A stretch of 64,000 nucleotides of DNA from contig JAPDJP010000014.1 of the NCBI GenBank assembly GCA_029259055.1, positions 5,935 through 69,934 on the forward strand, in the 5' to 3' direction. This DNA is from Thermoplasmatota archaeon (GTDB lineage: Archaea; Thermoplasmatota; E2; UBA202; JdFR-43). Position 1 is the stretch's first letter; each line of letters starts with the position of its first letter. Shown here one piece after another: positions 39,544 through 50,376 of this stretch. A program made the translations under genes and the position numbers. The notes under the pieces were generated by a model, which saw only the letters and a list, made by a program, of their open reading frames with translations, was not told the DNA's origin and made no database searches.

Positions 39544-39638
39544 GTTAGTAAAATAAACCTCTATTATAAAAATTTAGAAATTGTTAACTAATTAGCTAAT
39601 CATCAAAAAGCTAATTTATTCAAAGTAAATTAATAACA

Positions 39639-40799
39639 ATGATTTATTCGTATTCAGCTATTTCTTCATTTGAAGCATGTCCCCTAAAGTTTAAGTATGC
39701 GTATATCGACAAAATTGAGCCTTTAAGAAGAAATATAGAGGCTTTTATGGGGAATAGGGTTCATGAAGCTTTAGAAAAACTTTATAGAGATAAATTATAT
39801 GAAAAGGTTTGTTCATTGGAAGAATTATTAAATTTTTATAATGAAAGATGGAAAAAGGAAATGAGCGAACAAATATTTGTTACTAAGGAAGAATATCGTA
39901 TAGAAAATTATAGGAAAATGGGAGAAAGATATTTAATAGATTATTATAATACCTACAAGCCATTTGATGAAGGAAGAATAATTGCGCTAGAGAAAAAAGT
40001 TTTTTTCCCATTAAATGAAAAATACTGGATTGTAGGAATAATAGATAGAATTGTTGAAAAAGATGGAAAATATGAAGTTCATGATTATAAAACCTCTCTA
40101 TATTTTCCAACAAAAAAAGAAATAGAAAATGATTGTCAACTTCAATTATATGCTTTAGCTTTGGATTATTTATATGGAATAAAAGAAGTTGAATTAGTTT
40201 GGCATTTTTTAGCCTTTAATAAAGAAATAAGATTAAAGAAAAGGAGCTATGAAGGAGCAAGAATGGAATTAATAAAGAAAATAGAAAAAATAGAAAAGGC
40301 AATAAAATCGAATGAATTTCCACCAAGAGAATCTTCCTTATGCCCATATTGTGAGTATCAACCAATCTGTCCGGTTTTCAGACATAAATATAAATTAGAA
40401 GAAATGGAAGAAATTACGGAGGAAGAGGGTTTTAAATTGGTAAATGAATATTGGAACATATTGACAAAAATTGAAGAATTAAAGATTCTTAAGGAAGAAA
40501 TTAAGGAAAAACTTATAGAATATGCTAAAAGAAATAATTTACAATGTGTCTATGGAAGTGAAAAAGTAGCAAATATTAAAATAAGTAAAAATTTGTATTT
40601 TAACAAAAAATTAAAAATTAAGGAAATCCTTAAAAAAGAGGGATTATACGAAAAATATACAAAACTTGATACTTGGAAATTAGCGGATGATTTCAGAAAT
40701 AACTTACTTCCTAAGCATTTAATGGAAAAATTGAGAGAATTTATTGAGGAAAAAGAAAACACAAGAATTTATTTAAAAAATTTGGAAAGGGAAGAATAA
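39639..40799 (+). CDS. PD-(D/E)XK nuclease with Cas4/AddB-type Cys cluster, stand-alone
   Basis: N-terminal YSYSAISSFEACPLKFKY. D/E-x-K core. C-terminal CPYCEYQPICP (C...CxxCx5C pattern). Confidence 0.6.
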   Translation: MIYSYSAISSFEACPLKFKYAYIDKIEPLRRNIEAFMGNRVHEALEKLYRDKLYEKVCSLEELLNFYNERWKKEMSEQIFVTKEEYRIENYRKMGERYLIDYYNTYKPFDEGRIIALEKKVFFPLNEKYWIVGIIDRIVEKDGKYEVHDYKTSLYFPTKKEIENDCQLQLYALALDYLYGIKEVELVWHFLAFNKEIRLKKRSYEGARMELIKKIEKIEKAIKSNEFPPRESSLCPYCEYQPICPVFRHKYKLEEMEEITEEEGFKLVNEYWNILTKIEELKILKEEIKEKLIEYAKRNNLQCVYGSEKVANIKISKNLYFNKKLKIKEILKKEGLYEKYTKLDTWKLADDFRNNLLPKHLMEKLREFIEEKENTRIYLKNLEREE

Positions 40800-40896
40800 T
40801 GTTAATGATATTTGTTTGTTTTTAGTAATTTATGAATTGATGAGTAAATATAATCCTAATCAATAAATATAATTACCAAAAATTTATTATGTCGAG

Positions 40897-41922
40897 ATGG
40901 GAAGCGTTAAAGATCTAATTATAATAAAAGAGGCAAAAAATGATGAGGAAGGTATTGCTAACTTCATTTTTTCCGACCGTTATTCAGTTTTTGACTGGGG
41001 AGAAATGCCAAACCACATAGAAAACAAAGGAGAAGCATTGTGCATAATCGGTGCTTATTTTTTTGAGAAATTGGAGGAAATGGGTATAAAAACGCATTAT
41101 ATGGGGATAATAGAAAAAGGTAAATTGAAAAAATTGGATGAAATAGAAAAGCCAACAAATATAATGCAGTTTAAATTACTCCGCGTTCTTAAGCCAAAAG
41201 TGAAAGAAAATGCATATGATTATTCAATTTATAGAAAAGAGAAAGGCAATTTTCTTATCCCATTAGAAATAATTTACAGGAATTCTCTTCCCGCTGGCTC
41301 AAGCGTTTTTAAAAGATTAAAAGAAGGAACTTTAAAACTTGAGGATATCGGGCTAAAAGAAATGCCAAAAGAAGGACAAAAACTCCCTCATCCAATAATT
41401 GATGTATCAACAAAACTTGAAGAAGTCGATAGATATATTAGCTGGGAAGAGGCAAAGCAAATCGCAGGATTAAGTGAAGAGGAAGCGGAGGAAATGAAAA
41501 AAATTACATTGGAGGTTAATGATTTGATAACAAAAGAAATTAAAAAAGCAAATCTTGAAAATGAGGACGGAAAAATTGAATTCGGCTTTGACAGAAAAAG
41601 AGAGTTACTACTGGTAGATGTTATTGGCACTCCTGACGAGTGTAGATTTAAGTTCAATGACATGCCAGTAAGTAAAGAGATTGCAAGAATTTTTTATAGA
41701 AATACTGAATGGTACAAGGATATAGAAAAAGCAAAAAAAATCGATAGAATAAATTGGAAGAGCCTTGTTTCTTCTCCGCCTCCTCCCCTTCCAGAAAATT
41801 TAGCAAAGCTTTTATCAGATTTATACAAAGCTTGCTGTAATGAAATAACTTCCAAGAATTGGTTTGATGTAGGGAGTTTAAGAGAAATTATTAGGGAGAT
41901 AAAAGACTGCTTAAACTTGTAA
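40897..41922 (+). CDS. purC: SAICAR synthetase (long form)
   Basis: GSVKDLI...FSDRYSVFDWGEMP...KGEAL...FFEKLEEMGIKTHY parallels PurC blocks. Confidence 0.6.
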   Translation: MGSVKDLIIIKEAKNDEEGIANFIFSDRYSVFDWGEMPNHIENKGEALCIIGAYFFEKLEEMGIKTHYMGIIEKGKLKKLDEIEKPTNIMQFKLLRVLKPKVKENAYDYSIYRKEKGNFLIPLEIIYRNSLPAGSSVFKRLKEGTLKLEDIGLKEMPKEGQKLPHPIIDVSTKLEEVDRYISWEEAKQIAGLSEEEAEEMKKITLEVNDLITKEIKKANLENEDGKIEFGFDRKRELLLVDVIGTPDECRFKFNDMPVSKEIARIFYRNTEWYKDIEKAKKIDRINWKSLVSSPPPPLPENLAKLLSDLYKACCNEITSKNWFDVGSLREIIREIKDCLNL

Positions 41923-43234
41923 TAATTAAATTTGCTGAATCAACAGCACAATTCATTCCAACTCCCTTTGAAGAAACACAATCTCCAGCTATATATAGAT
42001 TTTTTATGGGAGTATTTACATTTGGCTTAATACAATCTATTGTTTTTGCTACCCCGTCCAAATGCCATATTGAGGAATAGATGCTCCATTCAACATATTT
42101 CTCATAATTTGGTAGCAATCTTTCTAAATTTTTATCTATAATGTCTTTTAACTCCAACATTTTCTTCCTATTCTTAGCTTCTTCAGGAGAACAAATTGCG
42201 TAGCTTTGGATAATGCATTTTTTCTTTGGCGCTATTCCTAAGGTATAGTTCATTTTAAAATCAACCATTCCAACAACATCATTTCCTTCAAAATCAACAT
42301 CTCTTTCAATAAAAACAAAAGATTTATTCAATGCATTTCCTATTCTATCTATATCTATTGCATGGTATGAGACTAAGCTTCCTGTTGGTTTTAATTTCTT
42401 AATATAATTTACCCACTCATCCGGAAACTCTCTTTCATCAGCTACCGAGAATATATGTTGTACTGGAATAGTCGAAATTATTAAGTCATATTCTCTTTCT
42501 TCCTTTCCAATTTTTATCCCCTTTGCAACACCATCTTCAATAATTATTTTATCCACTTTTTTGTAAATTATCTTTCCTCCATTATTTATAATATAGTTTG
42601 CTATCGATTTTGAAATACTTTCCAATCCATCATATGGATAAATAACTGGGTGTCCTCCTAATAATTCCCGCTGGGCGAAAAATGTTTCTCCAGCGGAAAT
42701 TTTTGATAAGTCATTTACGGTTGTAATAAGACGGGGAAATAGTTCTAAAATTAATTTTAATTTTCCTTTTCCATATCTTTCTATCATTTCTTCAATGGAT
42801 ATTTTTTTCATCTCTTCGATTTTGGATTTTCTTGTAGTAAGAAGTTGGAGTATTCTTGGTAATATTTTCAATTTATCTTTTGCTTTTAATATAGGATAAT
42901 CTATTTTATCACCTATTAATCCTAAACGGGAGCCAACAAAATCAATATTTATTCCTAATTTTTTGAGTAATCTTACGCAGGCGCCCTTTTTCCCTCCCCC
43001 CAATAAATGAAATCCTAAATCTATTTTATAACCTTTCAAGCTTGTATCTAAATTTTTAGAAATAATTTTCATTTCAAATTTTTTTATAAGATTTTCATAT
43101 TCATCTGGACTACAAGATAAAGCTCTTCCTCCTATTCTTTCCCTTTCATATAAAACAACTTCCCATCCATTTTTTACCAATAGGGAAGCTGTTGCCAATC
43201 CTCCCAATCCCGCCCCTATTATACAAGCTCTCAT
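41891..43234 (-). CDS. FAD-dependent oxidoreductase (CrtI/phytoene-desaturase-like family)
   Basis: MRACIIGAGLGGLATASLL dinucleotide motif with downstream E-x-R-x-GG. Confidence 0.6.
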   Translation of the reverse strand: MRACIIGAGLGGLATASLLVKNGWEVVLYERERIGGRALSCSPDEYENLIKKFEMKIISKNLDTSLKGYKIDLGFHLLGGGKKGACVRLLKKLGINIDFVGSRLGLIGDKIDYPILKAKDKLKILPRILQLLTTRKSKIEEMKKISIEEMIERYGKGKLKLILELFPRLITTVNDLSKISAGETFFAQRELLGGHPVIYPYDGLESISKSIANYIINNGGKIIYKKVDKIIIEDGVAKGIKIGKEEREYDLIISTIPVQHIFSVADEREFPDEWVNYIKKLKPTGSLVSYHAIDIDRIGNALNKSFVFIERDVDFEGNDVVGMVDFKMNYTLGIAPKKKCIIQSYAICSPEEAKNRKKMLELKDIIDKNLERLLPNYEKYVEWSIYSSIWHLDGVAKTIDCIKPNVNTPIKNLYIAGDCVSSKGVGMNCAVDSANLIITSLSSLLSP

Positions 43235-43235
43235 T

Positions 43236-44237
43236 TTACATCTCCGGTTGGAATAACTTTAGACCAGCTAATGGAGTGAAGGCAATATACCATAATATAG
43301 GTAATACAACCAATGCCAAAGAAATTATGCCAATTTTACTCATAAGCATTATAGGAACTATTGAATATCTAATAAATGCAGCTGCTGCAATCAATTTTCT
43401 TATTTTTATTCTATTGAATCTCCTTAGCCACAATAACTTTATTTCTATCAAAATTATGAGGGAAATTAATAACAAGAGTAAAATGAGTTGCCATACATAA
43501 TATTTTAGCCCATAAATAAAAGGAATAAAAACGAAACATGCTGATGATAGTCTTATTCCCATGCCAAATGCTTTAAAGTGCCAAGGAACTTCTATCCTTC
43601 CTTCTTCTACTTTTACACCAGATACTAAAGCAATGTTTTTTACGCCCATTAAGTAATCATGGTCCGCATCTTTTATACCCCCTTCTACAGCATTCATATG
43701 TAATGTTTGGTTGAATGTCAGAAGGAAAATTATCCAAGTGAGTAAATTTGGTTTTGAAAAAGCCAACGCACCAAATAAAAAAACAAATGATATTGACAAC
43801 GCCACCAAAAAATCTGAGCCTGCTAATTTCTTTCCATATAAATTATAGATGGTTCCCAATATCCCAGCCAGCACTAAAACAACTATTCCCGCAAATTTTA
43901 AATCATCAAAATTGTAATCCTTCCATAAAATAAAGGCAAAAAGAAATGTTAATATAACGCAAAAAATACAAATTGCTACAGCATTTTTTCTTTCTATTAT
44001 TCCACTCACTAACGGTTTCTTTTGCAACTCTTTTATAAGCCTATCTAGTTCAACGTCAGCATAATCATTTAAAACGAAACCAAAAATAGCGGTAAAACAG
44101 CCAATTGCAAACAGAATGGCTAATTTATAAAAATCGTATATTCCAACAGAGATGGCGCCGAAAACAGGGGGAATCGCCAGTCCCCCCAAGCCCGGTAACC
44201 GTATTAGTTTAATATAAGCATTGAGTTTTTGCATCAT
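43236..44237 (-). CDS. UbiA-family prenyltransferase
   Basis: NDYADVELD (NDxxDxxxD) motif. Multi-TM. 2-nt gap to the FAD oxidoreductase. Confidence 0.7.
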   Translation of the reverse strand: MMQKLNAYIKLIRLPGLGGLAIPPVFGAISVGIYDFYKLAILFAIGCFTAIFGFVLNDYADVELDRLIKELQKKPLVSGIIERKNAVAICIFCVILTFLFAFILWKDYNFDDLKFAGIVVLVLAGILGTIYNLYGKKLAGSDFLVALSISFVFLFGALAFSKPNLLTWIIFLLTFNQTLHMNAVEGGIKDADHDYLMGVKNIALVSGVKVEEGRIEVPWHFKAFGMGIRLSSACFVFIPFIYGLKYYVWQLILLLLLISLIILIEIKLLWLRRFNRIKIRKLIAAAAFIRYSIVPIMLMSKIGIISLALVVLPILWYIAFTPLAGLKLFQPEM

Positions 44238-44352
44238 AAAAAAATAAAAAAGGGTATTAAATTTCTACGCTATTAAATTTCTCCATTAATTATTTTTTGT
44301 TTTAATTATCTATAAAAGATATAACAAAATAATAAATACACAATTTTATACT

Positions 44353-45786
44353 ATGGAAAGAAAAATTATAGAAAAAATTGAGGAAATAATCAGTAAAGAT
44401 AGGATTTTTACCGATACAGCAGATTTATATGCTTATGGTTTTGATGCATCTATACATCATGCAACGCCCGACATTGTTATAAGACCAAAAGATGCGGAAG
44501 AAGTAGAAAAAGTTGTAAAAATAGCTAATGAATATCGCATTCCTATTATTGCAAGAGGTTCGGGCACCGCTTTGTGTGGGCAGGCAGTGCCTATCTATGG
44601 GGGCATTATTCTAGATATGACCGGAATGAATAAAATAAAGGAAATAAGAGTAGAAGATTTGTATTGTGTTGTTGAACCAGGTGTTGTATATGCAAAATTA
44701 AATGAAGCATTGGCGAAATATGGGTTCTTTTTCCCTCCTACTCCAGGAAGTGGAGATGTTTGCACAATTGGGGGAATGCTCGCTGTTAATGCTTCTGGCA
44801 TGAGAGCAATAAAGTATGGAGCAACTCGTGATTATGTTCTTGGTATGGAAATTGTTTTTCCATATGGAAGGGTAAGATTTGGAGGGAAAACGTTAAAGAA
44901 CTCTTCGGGCTATCAAATAGAACGTTTAATTGTTGGGAGCGAGGGAACTCTTGGAATAATAACGGAAGCCACTTTACGAATTGCTCCTCTTCCCCAAAAA
45001 AGAGCTGTTGCATTGGCATCTTTTGATGATGTAATTGATGCAGGTAAAGGAGTGGCAGAAATTATTGGAAAAGGTGTGCTTCCTTCAGCATTAGAAATTA
45101 TGGATAGAGTATGTATTCAAGCTGTAAATAGGGCAATGGGTATTGGATTACCAGATGCAGAAGCTATTTTATTAATTGAAGTTGATGGAAATGAAAAGGA
45201 AGTAAAAGAAAATATAGAAAAGATTGCAAAAATTTTGAAGGAGAAGGCGAGCAAAATAGAATTTACTGATGATGAGCAAGAAATGCTTAAATTGTGGAAA
45301 GGTAGAAAAGGGGTTTTACCCTCTTTATCAAGATACGGTGAAAATATGGTTTCTGTTAGCTTAGCTGATGATATGTGCTTACCCATTTCAAAAATTCCAT
45401 ATGCAATAAAAGAATTCCAAAAAATAGCAAAGAAATATGGCATAATCATTGGAACATATGGACATGCTGGAGATGGAAATTTACATACAAAAGTTTTAAT
45501 TGACCCAACAAAAGAAGAAAATTGGAGAAATGCAGAAAAAGCTGTGGATGAGATATATAAAGTTGTTTACCAGCTTAATGGAATTGCGAGTGGTGAGCAT
45601 GGCATAGGAATAACAAAAGCACCTTGGATGAATGGAGATTTATCAACAATGGAAAAAATAAAAAAGGCAATAGACCCAAACAATATCATGAATCCAGGAA
45701 AAATGATGCAATGGAAAAAAGGTATAATAGCCTATTTGAGATATCCCGTTAAAAATGAGGAAAAAAGATTTAGAACTGTTACTTGA
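44353..45786 (+). CDS. FAD-linked oxidase (GlcD/D-lactate dehydrogenase family)
   Basis: PCMH-type FAD-binding N-domain (RGSGTALCGQAVP) and C-terminal FAD-oxidase domain. Confidence 0.75.
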   Translation: MERKIIEKIEEIISKDRIFTDTADLYAYGFDASIHHATPDIVIRPKDAEEVEKVVKIANEYRIPIIARGSGTALCGQAVPIYGGIILDMTGMNKIKEIRVEDLYCVVEPGVVYAKLNEALAKYGFFFPPTPGSGDVCTIGGMLAVNASGMRAIKYGATRDYVLGMEIVFPYGRVRFGGKTLKNSSGYQIERLIVGSEGTLGIITEATLRIAPLPQKRAVALASFDDVIDAGKGVAEIIGKGVLPSALEIMDRVCIQAVNRAMGIGLPDAEAILLIEVDGNEKEVKENIEKIAKILKEKASKIEFTDDEQEMLKLWKGRKGVLPSLSRYGENMVSVSLADDMCLPISKIPYAIKEFQKIAKKYGIIIGTYGHAGDGNLHTKVLIDPTKEENWRNAEKAVDEIYKVVYQLNGIASGEHGIGITKAPWMNGDLSTMEKIKKAIDPNNIMNPGKMMQWKKGIIAYLRYPVKNEEKRFRTVT

Positions 45787-46384
45787 AAAAATAAAGAAAC
45801 CAAAAAAAATCAAAGTTAATCTGGAGCAATACATTACGCCAGCAAACATTGCCTCAGATATTTTATGGACTGCTTTTTATAATGGAGATATAGAAAATAA
45901 AATTGTTATTGATTTGGGATGCGGAACGGGCATTTTTTCTATTGGAAGCGCTTTATTGAATGCAAAAAGGGTAATAGGTATTGATATAGATAAGGAACTC
46001 GTTGAAATAGCGAAGAATGAGGCAAAAAGATTCGGATTGAAAATAGAATTTTTAGTAATGGATATTGACGAATTTAATGAAAAAGGAGATACGGTTATTA
46101 TGAATCCTCCATTTGGCGCTCAATTTTCAAATAGAAGAGCTGATAGAAAATTTATAAAGAAAGCAATGGAACTTTGCCGCACATTTTACTCCCTACATTT
46201 AAAAGAAACGATCGAATTTATAAGGAATATTATAAAAAGAAATAATTGGAAAATATGTATGGAGAAAGAATATAAATTCCCATTAAAAGCCTCTCTCCCT
46301 TTTCATGAGAAAAAAATCGCATATTATGATGTTGTAATGGTAATGGCTAAATCAAAACATTTTTCCAATTACAAAAGCAATTAA
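45755..46384 (+). CDS. small class I methyltransferase with NPPFG motif (METTL5-like RNA MTase)
   Basis: DLGCGTGIFSIG motif I and MNPPFG motif IV. 209 aa. Confidence 0.6.
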   Translation: MRKKDLELLLEKIKKPKKIKVNLEQYITPANIASDILWTAFYNGDIENKIVIDLGCGTGIFSIGSALLNAKRVIGIDIDKELVEIAKNEAKRFGLKIEFLVMDIDEFNEKGDTVIMNPPFGAQFSNRRADRKFIKKAMELCRTFYSLHLKETIEFIRNIIKRNNWKICMEKEYKFPLKASLPFHEKKIAYYDVVMVMAKSKHFSNYKSN

Positions 46385-47068
46385 CGCTGTTATTGCTATA
46401 GAAATTAAATTTACATCGCTATTGGTTAAAATGGTGTCTTCTCCCTTTATATTTCCCTTATATCTCCCCTGAAAGGTTGCCCCTAATAAGGAATCAATGT
46501 GACAACCCAATAATCCCAATAAAATACATAATACAAACTGTAATATACTCAAATTAAGCAGGAAATAACCCAATATGGATATAATGAATGCTCCTATAAA
46601 GGAAAAAAATTCCCCTAGTAATGAAATTGCGCCATTTGTCCCAGCCTCCACCCTTTTTAGATTTGTAATAAAATAAGCCTTATCAGATAGAACGCCAATT
46701 TCTGAAGCTAAAGTATCTGCCAAAGCAACTGATATAGAAACAACAAATGGAAAAGAAAAATCCAAATTTAATGATGAAAAAATAGCCAAAACAGCAGGAA
46801 TGAGGCCATTTGCAACAACGTTCATTGCTCTTCTTGCAGCTCTTTCTTTTAGTCTCTGCCTTTTGAAATTTCTCTTGTATTTTGTTGCAATTGCGCCTAA
46901 GATTAAAAAAATAAGAAGGAGAAGAAACCAGTAAATTCCTTGTGTGAATAGAATAGTTGCTCCGATTATTATTGCAAATATTGTTCCTCCTGTATCCAAT
47001 ACTCTAAATTTTAAGGAAATAATTGCAAACAGAAGGCAAATTATTATGTTTGTAAAGATTTCGATCAT
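46352..47068 (-). CDS. integral membrane protein (DUF92/TMEM19-like, tentative)
   Basis: Multi-TM with [11 protein letters not shown] conserved-looking loop. Confidence 0.4.
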   Translation of the reverse strand: MIEIFTNIIICLLFAIISLKFRVLDTGGTIFAIIIGATILFTQGIYWFLLLLIFLILGAIATKYKRNFKRQRLKERAARRAMNVVANGLIPAVLAIFSSLNLDFSFPFVVSISVALADTLASEIGVLSDKAYFITNLKRVEAGTNGAISLLGEFFSFIGAFIISILGYFLLNLSILQFVLCILLGLLGCHIDSLLGATFQGRYKGNIKGEDTILTNSDVNLISIAITALIAFVIGKMF

Positions 47069-48537
47069 CCTTTTACTACACCTAATGGCACCATTTTTGC
47101 TACTTTTAATGATAAGCCAGCCCCATGTGTGGCATTAACAACTTGACTTACATCTTTATATGCATCAGGGCTTTCTTCCGCCATCACAACCCAACTTGCT
47201 GGATGAGCATAAATTCCTTTCTGTTCTAACTTTCTTGCAATTTCTCTTCCACTCCATCTTCTTTTTGCTTGCTCTCTTGACATAACTCTTCCTGCACCAT
47301 GACAGGTTGAACCAAAAGCTTCTTCAGATTGTTCTGTTCCCTTTAATAAATAGCTCTCAGTTCCCATATCTCCAGGTATCAAAACAGGTTGCCCAATCTT
47401 TTGATATTTCTTTGGAATTTCCTTTCTATTTGGGCCAAAAGAGCGAGTTGCTCCTTTTCTATGAACACAAACTAATTTTTTCTCTCCATCCACAACATGC
47501 TCTTCAAATTTTGCGATATTATGGCAAACGTCATAAACAATATGCATTCCAAGTTCTTCAGCATCCTCTTTTAAAATGTTTTCAAACGACTGCCTTACCC
47601 AATGGACAATCATTTGCCTGTTTGCCCAAGCAAAATTGGCTGCACAAGCCATTGCCTTAAAGTAACTTTCTCCCTCTTTACTTTTTACTGGTGCACAGGC
47701 AAGCTGACGGTCGGGCAAACTAATATTATATTTTCTAACAGCTTGTTCTAATACTCTCAAATAATCTGAACATATCTGGTGCCCGCATCCTCTAGAGCCC
47801 GTATGAATCATTACAACAATTTGGTCTTTTTCTATTCCATAAACCTTTGCCGCTTCTTCATCAAAAACTTCTGCTACTCTCTGAATCTCTAAAAAATGAT
47901 TTCCCGCCCCTAACGAACCCACCTGACTTTTTCCTCTTTCTTTAGCCCTTTCTGATACATAACTGGCATCTGCAACATCCATGCAACCATTTTCCTCTAA
48001 ATATTCTAAATCCTCTTCCCATCCATAACCATTTTCAACCGCCCATCTCGCACCCATTTGTAAAACGTCATCGAGCTGAGCTTTATTTAGTCTCACCCTC
48101 GCCTGACTACCTACTCCTGAAGGGACATTTTTAAAAAGTTCATCTACAAGTTGTCTAATTTTGTTTTTGTCCAGATCATTGACTTTTAAATTTGTTCTTA
48201 CAAGACGAACTCCGCAATTTATATCAAATCCTACCCCTCCAGGAGATATTACTCCCTCCTCTGCATCTGTGGCTGCGACCCCGCCAATTGGAAATCCATA
48301 TCCCCAATGTATGTCAGGCATCGCTAGCGATTTACCCACTATGCCTGGTAAAGTTGCCACATTGGCTGCCTGCTCTGGAGCATTGTCTTTCCTTATTGAT
48401 GGTATCATTTCATCACTTGCATATATCAGGGCGGGTACTTTCATTTTCAAATTACCATTTATTCCCCTGTATGTTTTTGGGATTTCGTACCTGTAATCTC
48501 CTATTTTTACAAGTGGACCACTCCACATTTTTATCAC
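47065..48537 (-). CDS. rtcB: RNA-splicing ligase RtcB
   Basis: Canonical RtcB motifs ([27 protein letters not shown]). 490 aa. Confidence 0.9.
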   Translation of the reverse strand: MIKMWSGPLVKIGDYRYEIPKTYRGINGNLKMKVPALIYASDEMIPSIRKDNAPEQAANVATLPGIVGKSLAMPDIHWGYGFPIGGVAATDAEEGVISPGGVGFDINCGVRLVRTNLKVNDLDKNKIRQLVDELFKNVPSGVGSQARVRLNKAQLDDVLQMGARWAVENGYGWEEDLEYLEENGCMDVADASYVSERAKERGKSQVGSLGAGNHFLEIQRVAEVFDEEAAKVYGIEKDQIVVMIHTGSRGCGHQICSDYLRVLEQAVRKYNISLPDRQLACAPVKSKEGESYFKAMACAANFAWANRQMIVHWVRQSFENILKEDAEELGMHIVYDVCHNIAKFEEHVVDGEKKLVCVHRKGATRSFGPNRKEIPKKYQKIGQPVLIPGDMGTESYLLKGTEQSEEAFGSTCHGAGRVMSREQAKRRWSGREIARKLEQKGIYAHPASWVVMAEESPDAYKDVSQVVNATHGAGLSLKVAKMVPLGVVKG

Positions 48538-48945
48538 CTATATATCAAATAATACTTTAATGGTAACTCCTTTTTTATTTCTTTTTATTTCCAACATATG
48601 GTATGTTACCGCTTTTATCTCCACACCATACCCATGTTTCTGCCGATCATATTTTTCTCCACATGCATAACCAATAAGTCTATCATTTAATTTAACTTCA
48701 AATTCTCCAAATACAAGATTCTCAACATCATGTATGTAAAGCAATTCTGAGAGCCAGTCCACAAGCAACAATTCTTCATCATCTCCTTTTTCTAACTCAA
48801 TTTTTTTCTTTACTTTGCAATCTATTTTGCTTCCGTCTGTTATTATCGCAAACATTCCTTTAGCAGCATTTTCAAATGCCTCTTCCAGATTTTTCCCATA
48901 TGCTTCTATTCCAACATCTGCTGTATGCTCAATAATTTTATACAT
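48538..48945 (-). CDS. archease
   Basis: MYKIIEHTADVGIEAYG N-terminus. Adjacent to rtcB. Confidence 0.85.
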   Translation of the reverse strand: MYKIIEHTADVGIEAYGKNLEEAFENAAKGMFAIITDGSKIDCKVKKKIELEKGDDEELLLVDWLSELLYIHDVENLVFGEFEVKLNDRLIGYACGEKYDRQKHGYGVEIKAVTYHMLEIKRNKKGVTIKVLFDI

Positions 48946-48979
48946 GTTTGTAAAATTGCTAAGTTATAAAAACTTATGG

Positions 48980-49032
48980 GGGAGGGGGAAAAATAGACAA
49001 TTAGAGGTGGAGGCAATATCCATCCCCCTCCC
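48980..49032. other. GC-rich hairpin GGGAGGGGG...(35 nt)...CCCCCTCCC in intergenic gap
   Basis: Direct reading. Perfect 9-bp G/C stem in an otherwise AT-rich gap, just downstream of archease stop on the other strand. Confidence 0.35.
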
Positions 49033-49205
49033 AACAATTTTATAAAATTAAGTGTTTATAAAACTTTCTATTTTATTTGGGGCGGGGCTGTCAAAAATTT
49101 TTGAAAAACGGCTTACTGCATTTGTAGTCATCTACATCTGGATTTCTTGATAACCCCTTACCAATTTAAACCTTAAATTTTTAAATTTTAAAAAATATAA
49201 AAATA

Positions 49206-49263
49206 CCGCGATGATGAATACTTCCGCCACTGATAGATGATGAATATTACGCTATCGGAGCGG
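49206..49263 (+). ncRNA. candidate C/D-box sRNA (2'-O-methylation guide)
   Basis: ccgc-GAUGAUGA-12nt-CUGA-ua-GAUGAUGA-12nt-CGGA-gcgg. C and C' boxes are perfect, D' is perfect, D has one mismatch (CGGA). Both guides are exactly 12 nt. 4-bp terminal stem ccgc/gcgg. Confidence 0.5.
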
Positions 49264-49308
49264 TTTATGATAGAATAAAATATAAAAATAAAATTTTATT
49301 CCAACAGC

Positions 49309-50376
49309 ATGAAATTGCTCGAATTCCAAGGAAAAAAACTTTTTAAGGAATATGGCATACCTGTACCCCAAGGCATTGTTATTGAGAAAAAAGAGGATTT
49401 AAAAGATATAGATATTCCCTTTCCATGGGTAATGAAAGCCCAAGTTTTGGTGGGAGGAAGAGGAAAAGCAGGAGGTATTAAATTTGCAAATAATATGGAA
49501 GAAGCAATAAAGAATTTTGAAGAGCTCATAACCATGGAAATAAAGGGGGAGAAAGTAAGAAAAGTGCTTATTGAGGAGAAATTAAGGATCGAAAAGGAAT
49601 ATTATTTAAGCTTTTTTATAGATAGGAGTAGCAGAAAATATTTAATGATGTTCTCTTTTGAAGGAGGTGTCGATATAGAAGCAATGGCTGAAAAAGTAAT
49701 GAAAATTTATGTTAATCCTTTAATTGGGTTGCAACCATACCATTTAAGAAAACTGCCAAAAGAAGTGCGAGAGATTGCAAAAAAGCTGTTTCAGTTATTT
49801 ATTGAAAAGGATTGTGAGCTGGCAGAAATAAACCCTTTAGTTATTTCAAATGGATTGGCTATTGCTGCGGATTCAAAAATAATCATAGACAATAATTCCA
49901 TTTATAGGCATGAAGACTTACCAAAAGAAGATATAGAACTTACCCCTCTAGAAAGGGAGGCAAAAGAAAAAAGAATTGCTTTTGTTCAACTTGAAGGAAA
50001 TATTGGAGTTATAGCAAATGGAGCTGGTCTCACAATGGCAACTTTAGATGCATTAAATGAGTTTGATGGTAAGGGAGGGGTATTTTTAGATTTAGGAGGA
50101 ACAGATGACCCAGAAAAAGTAAAACAGGCTTTTGAATTAATGGCAAAAGCAAAACCAAAAGTGATTCTCCTAAATTTATTTGGAGGTATAACAAAATGTG
50201 ATACAGTTGCAAAAGGCATTATAGAATTTTTGCAAGAGAATAAAATCAATTGTCCCGTTATAGCTCGTATTAAGGGAATGAATGAAGAAAAAGCAAGGCA
50301 AATGCTTAAAGAATATGTTATTCCTATAGAATCTTTTAAAGAAGCTGCAAAAAAGGCAGCTGAGCTGGGTGGTTAA
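49309..50376 (+). CDS. sucC: succinyl-CoA synthetase beta subunit (ATP-grasp)
   Basis: [23 protein letters not shown]-term and ligase-CoA domain. Confidence 0.75.
   Translation: MKLLEFQGKKLFKEYGIPVPQGIVIEKKEDLKDIDIPFPWVMKAQVLVGGRGKAGGIKFANNMEEAIKNFEELITMEIKGEKVRKVLIEEKLRIEKEYYLSFFIDRSSRKYLMMFSFEGGVDIEAMAEKVMKIYVNPLIGLQPYHLRKLPKEVREIAKKLFQLFIEKDCELAEINPLVISNGLAIAADSKIIIDNNSIYRHEDLPKEDIELTPLEREAKEKRIAFVQLEGNIGVIANGAGLTMATLDALNEFDGKGGVFLDLGGTDDPEKVKQAFELMAKAKPKVILLNLFGGITKCDTVAKGIIEFLQENKINCPVIARIKGMNEEKARQMLKEYVIPIESFKEAAKKAAELGG

Noticed and set aside
43192-43500. Short plus-strand ORF overlapping the UbiA gene and other short antisense ORFs (e.g. 226..417, 1202..1384, 2881..3072, 5238..5474, 5519..5788, 7817..8089, 8749..9126, 9168..9404, 9798..10028, 36582..36770, 37156..37473)
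   Set aside because: All lie fully inside or antisense to longer genes with clear family motifs, and lack motifs of their own.
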